64,000 nt of DNA from the human T2T-CHM13v2.0 reference genome, Homo sapiens: assembly GCF_009914755.1 (NCBI RefSeq), contig NC_060926.1; one strand, 5' to 3'. The notes under the pieces were generated by a model that was not told the origin of the DNA, made no database searches, and worked only from the letters and a program-made list of their open reading frames with translations. Each line of letters starts with the position of its first letter. The stretch's first letter is position 1. The translations under genes and the position numbers were made by a program. Below, piece by piece: positions 1 to 12,228 of this stretch.

Positions 1-308
1 TATTTAATGTCATATCAGGGGTAAGTTAGCAGGAAGGAAAAACCAACAACCTCATCACCAGTTCAGTTAGATATTTTATCCACATAAACTCAGAGGAGCA
101 GTTTCATTTATTAAAATACAGGTTTATAAACAATTTCTCATTTAGATTAAAATAATAAAGCAAAATCAAAACACATTTTGGGCATTTTCTTTGCTCTATC
201 TTACTTTCCTATGGATATATGCATATTGGAAAACATTAAGTAGCAATTCACAAGCAATCACATTTAGATTTATAGACATTTTCAGCTTACTGATAAAAAG
301 ATCATTAC

Positions 309-415
309 CTGTGATGGATCATTTGCGGTCAAGTTTCTCCCCAGTACATTTCGTTTCAGTGCAAACCCACTGTTTCTCATCTCCGCTATTAGCTCCGAGG
401 GGTGCATCGATGGCC
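309..415 (-). CDS. CIR1: CIR1 coding exon 8 ([36 protein letters not shown])
   Basis: AACAG acceptor, CAG|GTAATG donor, 107 nt, phase 1 to 0, after a ~27.2-kb intron 7. Confidence 0.94.
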
Positions 416-895
416 CTGTTCACAAAAATCACAGTTTGAATGTATCATTTATATCTCTCTACCTTTTTCGGACTCCACAGTAGGAATGCAGTTGAAGCTT
501 TGTTAAGTAAAATCACAGCTAAATCAACTCAATAATCTTCTGCTGAGCAAATAATCAGATATGATTTTCTAAAACAGCAGTCTGGAGATTCAGAATAGAA
601 AATAATTGCATTTTTCTTTACGTGCAAGGGGAGTCTTCTTATGTAACTTTGTCATATTGAAAAAGATACATTTAGATGTTATCTGGTTGGCAGTTTTTAG
701 TATAAAATCAAAGCAAAATATTATAATAAAAAACTACAATTAAACTTTTAGTAGTTATTCTCTCAGTAAGAGTTCATTTAAAAGATGTATTTTTAAAGGT
801 ACATGAGGAATTTATCATCCTTATTTCCAATTCAAAATTCCTCATCCTTATTTGTCAAATAACAATACTGAATACATTGCCAAGTGGTTGCTAAT

Positions 896-934
896 CACAC
901 ACACACACACACACACATACACACACACACACAC
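896..934. repeat. (CA)n microsatellite
   Basis: About 19 units with one interruption. Confidence 0.95.
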
Positions 935-1156
935 CTATGGGTAACCACCAAGTACTTTAATTAATCTTGCTTTTATTCCCAGATTTCAAAATTTTTAATT
1001 ACTAGCTTGGGTTGCTAACAAGCAGTTTTAGGCTGGCTATTGGTATGTATGTTTTATATTTTTTTACACTACACTTCCACTTTTGCAAAATCTCAGACTG
1101 AAAAGTGAGCTTTTTGTTTCCCAAATATGAACTAACAATAAATTTTAAAAATTTTC

Positions 1157-1282
1157 AGCTGGGAGTGGTGACTCATGCGTGTAATCCCAGCATTTTGAGA
1201 GGCAGAGGCGGGAGGATCACTTGAGCCCAGGAGGCCAACTTGGCCAACATGGCAAAACCATGTCTCTAAATAAATAAATAAT
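1157..1282 (+). mobile_element. Alu left monomer (FLAM-like)
   Basis: Left-arm sequence with A-rich end. Confidence 0.8.
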
Positions 1283-2109
1283 TTTTTTTTAAAGGTTTGC
1301 CCCCTGCCCTCAAACATAAGGTTTATGTAAGGTAAGAGAGACTCTTATCTCATTTTGTATATTCCTGTTTCATTTTGTTTTCCCTGCAGATAGCAAACTA
1401 ATGACAACATTTCATGGCAGCTATTTAAAGTTGCCAGCCTAAATCACCTACACTGGCTTAAATGACGTACTCCAGCTGATGTGTCTGTCACTTAGGGAAG
1501 AATGAGACAGTTACTGCCAAAAAGGAGTTCATACGGGAGGGTAGGGGGATAGAAAAATATTCAGAAATGAGTTCTTTAGTTTGCTGGTTGAATACTTTGT
1601 CTATTTCTTTTTACTGCTTTGTTGGTCTTTTACCACTTATTTGCGCACTCACCTGCATATTATCATGGAAAGCAAAAGGCAATCAGTTCAAATTTGTTTA
1701 CCTGTCAATAGCAGATGTGGTTAAAAATTTGGTGAGAAAAACTCAGTTATAAGATAATATATTTTACTGGACTTTCCAGGCTTTACCATTCCATTCATAT
1801 TGCGAAGAACAACTGTAAGTTTGCCCTAGGTACTAGGGAGATGATGGGGAAAAACTGTCTATTATTGGAGTATGGGGGAAGTTATTAATGATGTCATAGT
1901 TTTAGGAAAAAAAGCCTTATTTAGTTAAAAACAAACAAAAACACCTGTCTTATATTAATATTTCATTTTAAACCAAGAGGGTTTTTAATTTTTTTCTTCT
2001 ATACAAAATGTTTAATTCCTATGTATTACTTTAATGGCCCTTTAATTATTCAGTCTGGTTGTTAACATTGATAATACAATCTTAAATAAAATTGAATTTT
2101 AAATATTAA

Positions 2110-2455
<346 letters not shown>

Positions 2456-3044
2456 CAATTAAGAGCTTTAAATGAATAATAGAATGTTTACTTTGGTGGC
2501 TTCTCAAATTTCACATGTAGGAACTTAATTTTATAAAGTAGAAAATGTCTCTTCTGAAGTGTCAAAACTACATTTCCTTGTCAACAATTTTATTAGATAT
2601 CGAATGAATTCAGACACCAAACTTGTTAATAATTAGAATAAAAACCACTCCAATAAAGGGTCACAAAGCTTGGCCATCATGATGAGAGGTTATACTAATT
2701 TCATCAGTTTTCATCACAAGATGGGTAATTTTAATAAGATGTTATAGAAAGCATGCCTTCTTTACAGTACTTCCAACTATGTCAAGAAAATGATGTATTT
2801 CCCCAGTGTTACAGAGATTATACAGACTATTAAACAATCATTACTCTTCTAGCATTTATATTTTTCAAAAATCCCAACTGAAAACTCTGTGTAGTATATA
2901 AATTTAGCACACTTTCACAATGTATGACTGTAAATAGAGTGCTTAGTGAAGTGCTCGACAAATAGTACTTAATAAAGAGTAACAACTATTATTTTTACCA
3001 GTACCTATTCAACTTTCTTATATAAGAAATTGTCTTTTTATAAG

Positions 3045-3458
3045 ATATATTATATATGTACATATATTACTTATATATGTACATATATATTTTATATATT
3101 ATATATAATATATATTATATGATATATATAATATATTATATAATATAATATATAAAATATATATAATATATATTATATTATATAAATTATATTATATATA
3201 TCATATAATATATTTTATATATTATATAATATATATTATATTATATATATTTTATATATTATATTATATATTATATATATCATATAATATATATTATATT
3301 ATATATTTTATATATTATATAATATATATTATATATTTTTATATATTATATAATATATATTATATATTTTATATATTATATAATACATATATTATATATA
3401 ATATAATATATATTATATAATATATATTTTACATATGTATATATATTATATATATATA
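3045..3458. repeat. TA-rich low-complexity tract (~410 bp)
   Basis: Almost only A and T; imperfect (TA)n with ATATTTTATATATTATATAAT-type units. Confidence 0.95.
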
Positions 3459-3591
3459 TTTTTTTTTTTTTGGTAGAGACAGGGTTTTGCCATGTTGCCC
3501 AGGCTGGTCTTGAATGCCTCAGCTCAAATAATACACCTGCCTAGGTCTCCCAAAGTACTGGGATTACAGTTGTAAGCCACTGCACCCGGCC
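3458..3591 (-). mobile_element. Alu left monomer (FLAM-like) abutting a TA-rich tract
   Basis: Left arm plus poly(T). Confidence 0.8.
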
Positions 3592-4665
3592 ACTATCCAA
3601 ATTCCATGACTATCTTACGGTACTTTTCATAATACAAAAAAATGCTCTTAGTAGTAATACTTTTCACAATGCAGTCTTATTCACATTTTTTTTATACTTA
3701 AACCTTCTCCTATCAACCAAAGTTCTGAGTTTAAAGTTCTAGGTTTAGGAGATGAAACAAGTCAGGTTTAATCAAGATATATTTAGCAAGTATCTTTCTA
3801 CTTTCACATTATTATGACAGAGGCTACGTAGAGTTACACTGACAGAAATGACTCCAGATCTTTTGAGAACTCAAAATTTGGTTGATAAAATAGATGATTA
3901 CAGATACGTTGATAAAATAGATTACACAAATATGTTCAAATGTAAAATAACTACTTTTATGTATGGTGCCTTAATAATTTCAATTATAGCTGGAGTTGGA
4001 TCTTAAAAATTGTTTGGCTTATTCTTAAATTTGTCATGGTAGAATAATACTAGAGAATTCAGAAAGAAGGCATTTGTTCTAAAATGCAGATTTGTGAGGG
4101 CTCCTTTCTAGATCATCTCAGCCAAGCCTTCACAGCATTGAAAACCAATGTTCCCACTTAGAAAAGCAGGTCCACTGAAGAAACTGCTTTCAACATTCAT
4201 TTATTTTACAAACTTTTCTTTGCTGTGATATGGATAAGTATCAAAATACCAATTGTGTACAGTTCCATGTTCTGATTAGACCCAGGCTCTACTAGAAAAA
4301 TACCATGAAATCGAGTCTCAGGAAAGAAAAAATTCCTAGAAGGTAAATTATGCTATACAAAATTATGTGTGTAAAGCGCTTAATCTACTCACTAAGAGTA
4401 TTCATTTTTACAGAACAAAAACAATGAAAGGTAAAAAAAGAATGTCCTGTTGTAAAATAGGTATTTTATCAAAGAATAATATATAAACTCAAAAGTTCTG
4501 GCTATGAGGAAATGGCATACAACTGACTCCACAATTATAGTATGGCAGTCCCAGGGGAATGCCACAAATGGCATAGGAGGGAGACTAAAGCTGAAGTCAA
4601 AGACACTTGTGTTTCACTGCAAACACTAGGTCCATCTGCTCCATTCGAAGTTCATCATTCTTTTC

Positions 4666-4761
4666 TTTAGCCAGGATGGTCTTGATCTCCTGACCTCGTG
4701 ATCCACCCACCTCGGCCTCCCAAAGTGCTGGGATTACAGGTGTGAGCCACCACACCTGGCC
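4666..4761 (-). mobile_element. 3'-truncated, tailless Alu (first ~96 nt)
   Basis: GGCCAGGTGTGGTGG...CCATCCTGGCTAA between perfect 13-bp direct repeats CATCATTCTTTTC (4653-4665, 4762-4774). Confidence 0.9.
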
Positions 4762-4873
4762 CATCATTCTTTTCAAACAATGCATTATCACCTACAATTT
4801 TATGGTATTAAGTAGGAGAAAAGGGGGCAGTGAGTTGTAGGTTAGGTAAGGCTGAATTAGAAATGCCTTTCCT

Positions 4874-5160
4874 GGCCAGGCGCAGTGGCTCATGCCTGTA
4901 GTCCCGGCACTTTGGGAGGCAGAGGCGGGTGGATCGCCTGAGTCCAGGAGTTCAAGACCAGCTTGGGCAACATGGTGAGACCCTGTCTCTACAAAAAATA
5001 CAAAAATTAGCTGGCCGTGGTGGCGCACATGCCTATACTCCCAGCTACTAGAGAGGGTGAGGTGGGAGGATCACTTGAACACAGGAGGTTGAGGGTGCAG
5101 TGAGCCTGTGATCTCACCACTGCACTCCGGCCTCAGCAACAGAGTGAGATCCTGTCAAAA
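4874..5160 (+). mobile_element. Alu (J-like) followed by a purine microsatellite tail
   Basis: Dimeric Alu sequence. Confidence 0.9.
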
Positions 5161-5348
5161 GACAGACAGAAAAAAAGACAGACGGGAAGGAAGAAGGGAA
5201 GGAAGAAAGAAAGAAAGAAGAAAGGAAGGAAGGAAGGAAGGAAAGGAAGAAAGAAAGGAGAAAGAAAGGAAAGAAAGAAAGAGGGAGGGAGGGAGGAAGG
5301 AAGGAAGGAAGAAGGGGAAGGGGAAGGAAAGAGGACAGACTGACTGAC
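5160..5348. repeat. (GGAA/GAAA)n polypurine tract
   Basis: Direct reading; five consecutive GGAA at 5224-5243. Confidence 0.92.
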
Positions 5349-6873
5349 TGGCCTGTCTCTCCTTCTCCCAAATTTAATATATTATGTACTTAATTTATAG
5401 GATGCCACTGTTGGCTGAAACTAAATTGCTACCCTAAAGTGAATATAGTTTTGCTTCCTATTACAGTGATGATCTATTTTTTTTCCCTTCTCATTGTGTG
5501 TGTGTTTTAATTTAACTTTATACTACGGAAAATTGCAAACCTACATCACATAGCTTCAACAATTAACAATATTTTGTCATTCTTGTCTTAGCTATTACTT
5601 CCAAATTTATTTTTTTCATAGAATATTTTAAATAAAATCTCAACCTCAATACCTTTATTATGCTTCTCAACATTGATAATTTTAAAATGTCATCGAATAG
5701 TCAACATTCAGATTTCTCAAACTGTCTCAAAAGTATCTTTTTACAGTTGGTTTGCTCAGATTAGGATACAAACAAGGTCCACATATTGTATTTGATTTAT
5801 AGATCTCTTTTAATCTAAAACATTTACCTATCTTCCCCTCCCTATTGTTATTCATTTGTTAAAGAAATTGGGTAATTTGTCCTGTAGATTTCCCACATTC
5901 TGGACAGTGATGCCATTTAACATGTTTCTCTAGCTCTTATATTTCCTATAAATTGGTAGTTAAGTCTAGAGGCTTATTATTAAATTATTTTGATATTTTA
6001 TACCACATACTTTGGGGGAATATATGGCAAGTTTTGTAAAGTTTGGATTTAGGAAAATGACACCTGAAAATACACTTCTGGTTAATTAAAACATGTTTCT
6101 AGCTAAAGAAAAAGGAGGCCAAGACTACTTGTATGTTCTTGTAATCACTTTCCCATGTATTTATTGCAGTCAAACTAACAGTAATATAACCATAAAAGTT
6201 GTTTTAAAATAAACCCCAACATTATCACAAATGAAAGAAAGTACAATCTTCTGTCCCTTTTTCTTTCCTAAAGTTAAATTGGCTATATCTAGCGAATAAG
6301 CCAGTCCCTGTCACTAAATGTAAAAAGGACAGTTAGACACTAGTTAGAGTATGTGATCAGGAGGGAGATATGTGTCTAATGGGACTTATCAAGAATTATC
6401 TTACACTTATATTTGATTACTAATATTACCATAACCTTTCTGCTTTTAAGAAAGCTTAAAGTTATCTTTTAAAAAGACTTAAAAAAGGGGCTCAGTAGGA
6501 ACATGCAGCATAACACCCAGGAAAAAAAGTGAACAAAGCTATTAATAAAGTGTGTGGGTGATTTTTATTTATATAGATGTGAATGTTTTATGTATGATTT
6601 TCTAAAGGTTATGCAAGAACCAACTGTACTGAATTGTAATAAAACTGCTCCATACTGGGAATTTTCCTGACACACTGCCAGTTCATCTTAGTGGAGGCTG
6701 GAAACATAGGGTTTCTTATTGCCCTCATCCCAAGTTCATACTGAAGACAGCTAATTGATGTCTATTGAAACACACAATGTAAAGGAAAAACTAAACATTT
6801 CGTTTTAGTCTATGTGTCTGGAAAGTACACAAAGGCAAAGAAATATGAAACTGTCCTTATTGTATGCTAGTAA

Positions 6874-7227
<354 letters not shown>

Positions 7228-7390
7228 TAGAATGAATATAAAGATATATGACTTATATGTAATTACTTATATTTTCAACTTAATTTATATGCAAATATTT
7301 TAGTGATGATATATCTGGCAATAATAGTTAATTCATAGCCCTACAAGACTACAAAAAATCATTTGTGCTGTGATGAACCTGAAGTATTAG

Positions 7391-7690
<300 letters not shown>

Positions 7691-8210
7691 TAGCATTATG
7701 TTTTAAATGAGTTATGGGAATATGAATGCTCTTGAAAAGTTAGGCATCCATGAGCCTCAAAAACTTGTTGAATCAAAGAAATGAGATACAAAAGAGTACC
7801 TACTGTATGATTTCACTTATAAGAAGCTCAAGAACAGATAAAATTCATATACTGGATTAGGAATTAGAAAAATGGTTGTGGGAGGAGAAGGCAGCCTGGA
7901 AAAGGACAGAAGGGCATTTTCTAGGGTGATGGCAATGCTCTGTATCTTGTCAGGGATGTTGGTTACCTGGGTGTATACATTTGTCAAATTCAAACTCTAC
8001 ATTTAAGACCAGTGCATTTTACTTAAAAAAAAAAAAAAAGAGAGATTTTAAATCCATAAACAGTGATTACTGAGTGACTATGGTACTGTAGCCACTCATT
8101 ATATCTATATATTATATATCTCTCTATGAGAAGACCTCTGCATAGGGAATTCAAACTTACATATCCCAAGTATATAACTTAGAAAATGGTTTAAAAAATT
8201 AGTGTGTAAT

Positions 8211-8907
8211 ACCAGTTAGAATGGCGATCATTAAAAAGTCAGGAAACAACAGGTGCTGGAGAGGATGTGGAGAAATAGGAACGCTTTTACACTGTTGGTG
8301 GGAGTGTAAACTAGTTCAACCACTGTGGAAGACAGTGTGGCAATTCCTCAAGGATGTAGAACTAGAAATACCATTTGACCCAGCGATTCCATTACTGGGT
8401 ATATACCCAAAGGATTATAAATCATGCTACTATAAAGACACATGCACACTTATGTTTACTGCAGCACTATTCACAATAGCAAAGACTTGGAACCAAAGCA
8501 AATGTCCATCAATGACAGATTGGATTAAGAAAATGTGGCACATCTACACCATGGAATACTATGCAGCCATAAAAAAGGATGAGTTCATGTCCTTTGTAGC
8601 AACATGGATGAAGCTGGAAACCATCATTCTGGGCAAACTATCGCAAGGACAGAAAACCAAACACCGCATGTTCTCACTCATAGGTAGGAATTGAACAATG
8701 AGAACACTCGGACACAGGAAAGGGGACATCACACACTGGGGCCTGTTGTGAGGTGGGGGAATGGGGGAGGGATAGCATTAGGAGAAATACCTAATGTAAA
8801 TGACGAGTTAATGGGCGCAGCAAACCAACATGGCACATGTATACATATGTAACAAACTGCACGTTGTGCACATGCACCCTAGAACTTAAAGTAAAATAAA
8901 TAATTTT
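8211..8907 (+). mobile_element. 5'-truncated L1PA (about PA5-PA7) 3' end
   Basis: ORF2 C-terminus (8221-8694) plus 3'UTR; ~19-bp TSD with two mismatches at 8193-8211 and 8908-8926, at a TT/AAAA site. Confidence 0.9.
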
Positions 8908-9740
8908 AAAAAACTGGTGTGTAATATTGAGAGTTTATTATTTTATCTCCTTAGTACTTGAGAGAGCTTGTTTTTTGCCTTCAAGTTTATAATATTTTGG
9001 GGAAAATTATTTCATAGGAAAGACTTAAATTGTAAATTTTTATTATACATTCAGAAGAGATTATAAATGGTAATGTTTAGAATAGTTAGCAAAGCCTTTC
9101 CATTCACTCACTCACTAAACCAGTAGTGGAACATGGGGGTTTGTGTTAAATTCATTAAGTATGATTTGGGTAGAAGAATTAATATTTACTGAGTGAACTA
9201 AATTTCATTCATTCTCCTTTTCTCAGGTAATCACAAGCTAATTTCTTTACTTGAAGCTGATAGACCTTGAGTAGATGAAATGATGGTAATAGGAAGAGTC
9301 ATGTAAAAGAGAGTTATGACTGTGATTGGAGAATCATAATGCCCCTTTGAGATTATGGGAGGTGTAGCTTCCACTAGTACATGCCTTTAACATCAAGCAG
9401 GGTCATTTACTGACAGAACAAGATTGTAATTAAAAATTTGTTCAAGTCAACAAAATTTCAAGGAACAGCCATGCTAACAACAAATTTAATTACAAAATTA
9501 TAATAATGTGTATAAATAATTTGAAATGACTTAACCATTGGTAATACCTAAAATAAAATAGCCAAAATTTGAAGTACTAATAAGGAACATCATTTTGACC
9601 TTTGAAGTACTATGACTGGACAAGTTTTACTAAAATACCTTGTTAATAGGCCAGTATTTCTTTTCAACTAACTAGCTTCCTCTTGCATAAAAAAATTTTA
9701 AACATCAAATCACCTACATATTATAAAGGAGAGACTTATA

Positions 9741-9790
9741 ATCAACTATAATCAAGTACAATCAACTACGATCAACTACGATCAACTATA
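9741..9790. repeat. 10-bp tandem repeat ATCAACTAYR x5
   Basis: ATCAACTATA ATCAAGTACA ATCAACTACG ATCAACTACG ATCAACTATA. Confidence 0.9.
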
Positions 9791-10679
9791 TATTATAAAA
9801 GAGTTGAAATGGTGCCTAACTTCACTTCTTTATTTTGAGGTCAGTTCTTTATTTACTAGTTTCAATATTTGCCTGTTTTAGGAGTTTAGCTTTAATAAAA
9901 TTCTGGTAACACAAATGTTTTTCTGCAGTAGAATTATGTTGGAGGATTAAAAAGAAGTCTGCCATTAGATACAGGGCTATGAGTAGCTATCCTGGTAGGA
10001 CTTCACCTCTCCAAGGAGTTGCATAAGGGAACTGCTCTGTAACAGATTCAGGTAGGATTGCCAGAAGGGCAACTGAGTTTGTCATCTTTCTTTCTACAGG
10101 AAGTTCCTCTGGTATGCTCCTAGCTGTCTTCCTAGCAAATATTATGATCAGACAATTATTTTGGTAAATTTCCCAAATGTGTTCCCAAGCAACAAAAATG
10201 CCTTCAACACGAAAGGTTTATGAAAAGATGGAGGAGAAGCATGTGCAGCGCTTCTTGCAAAAAATGTCTATCAGTACCATGGCTTAGTGCAGCATTCTTC
10301 AAGAAAAATTAAATCAAGAATTAGGAAAAATTAGGCAAGGAGAAGAACACTGACACACAAACAAATCTTTGCAGCAAGTGTAAAATAAAACTTCCTTAGT
10401 TTAAATTGTTCATTTTCATATGGTTAGAACACACTAAAAACTATAGTGTAAACAAGATTGGATAGAAACATTTGAGGCATTAAGTCCTTATCATATTTTA
10501 CCCATTTGTGGTGTGTCTAGAACTCAGACTTAGGCAATTCTTATTTTTTTTTAAAAGCAATTTTGTATATGTATAGTGTATCTGGTGACATTATTTTGAA
10601 TTTGAAATTTACTTTTATTCAAATCATGAAATTTACCATATTATCCTATCTACTCAGTCCCAAATATTTGAAAAAATTA

Positions 10680-11027
<348 letters not shown>

Positions 11028-11220
11028 TTATGGCAAAGTAACTAGAAATATATAATAAACTGAAAAATCCAAAACTCAATTAGTAAAATATGAAATAAAT
11101 GTTAACAAATTTGGAGTCAATGTTTATTCACTTTTTGTTGCTTTTATAACTTTGAGCTTGAAAGTCCTCTTATTCTCATAACAAGAAAAAAGCTGAAACA
11201 ACAGAAAATTTAAAAATCTT

Positions 11221-11375
11221 AATTAGCCAGGCGTGGTGATGGGCGCCTGTAGTCCCAGCTACTCAGGAGGCTGAGGCAGGAGAATGGCATGAACCCGGGA
11301 GGGAGGTGGAACTTGCAGTGAGCCGAGATCACGCCACTGCACTCCAGCCTGGGTGACAGAGCGAGACTCTGCCTC

Positions 11376-11404
<29 letters not shown>
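11221..11404 (+). mobile_element. 5'-truncated AluY-like right arm with long poly(A)
   Basis: Right arm plus ~29 A; TSD AAAAATCTTA. Confidence 0.88.
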
Positions 11405-11410
<6 letters not shown>

Positions 11411-12228
11411 ATTTATCAGAGAATTGAGGTCGCAGGGCAAACCGCTGCCCTGAAAACTGGAGAGATAGGTAATACAGAGTATTATAGCTTGCTGGAATGA
11501 GAAACTACTGCTGGAGCCAGCCATTGGTAGGAATACTTAGAGTAATTTGACTAATTGTTGGAGACTGAGCATGGACTAGCTTGACAGATAAAAGCTCCTA
11601 GAGGCCCAACCATAGTAGAGCCCCCTTTCATGAGTTTTATTTCCAGAGTCTCCACCAGGTTCTCATTGTGAAGACCAAAGAACAATCTCCGTGTGCTTCC
11701 CTTCCATCAGTGGGAAGGGAAAAGTAACCATTTCCAAATATACCCAGAGCATTTTGTTTTCCTTAACAAATGCTAACTCTCAAGGGCAACTATGTCACCA
11801 TAGCCAAGCCTACATGGGAAAATAAAGCTGAGAAGCACATGTGAAGGTTACAGCCCACAAGCACAGGCTCACTGAAAGACTAAGACCTAATCACAGAATA
11901 AGAGAATGCTTCCTTCTCCCCTATATCTTACTACCACATCAGGAGCATTCCTGTATAATATCAGGGGATTAAAAATGAAAGAACTGCAAGGCTCAGACCC
12001 TTAATCCTGAAAGAGGAGTCTTCTGGGAAAGCTAAAGATAAGAGCAGACAAAAACAAGGACACTAGAGGAAATTTTAGCCTCTGACATCTACAGTGACAG
12101 CAAACAGTAGACACAGTCTTAAGGCCTAGCCAGATAAACATAAAACCTCACCTTACAGGCCTGTTTACCTCAGTTCCTTTTACCTGATACACCATGTCCA
12201 GCTTTCAACAAAAAATTATAAGGTATGC

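Noticed and set aside
5108-5371. Lys/Arg/Glu-rich and Ser/Phe/Leu-rich ORFs
   Set aside because: Translations of the GGAA microsatellite.
9741-9790. CRISPR-like array
   Set aside because: Contiguous 10-mers without spacers, in eukaryotic DNA.
9900-10340. Possible plus-strand exon (TCTTTCTTTCTACAG acceptor near 10099) or processed pseudogene
   Set aside because: No recognisable ORF, partner exon, poly(A) tail or TSD; cannot be supported from sequence alone.
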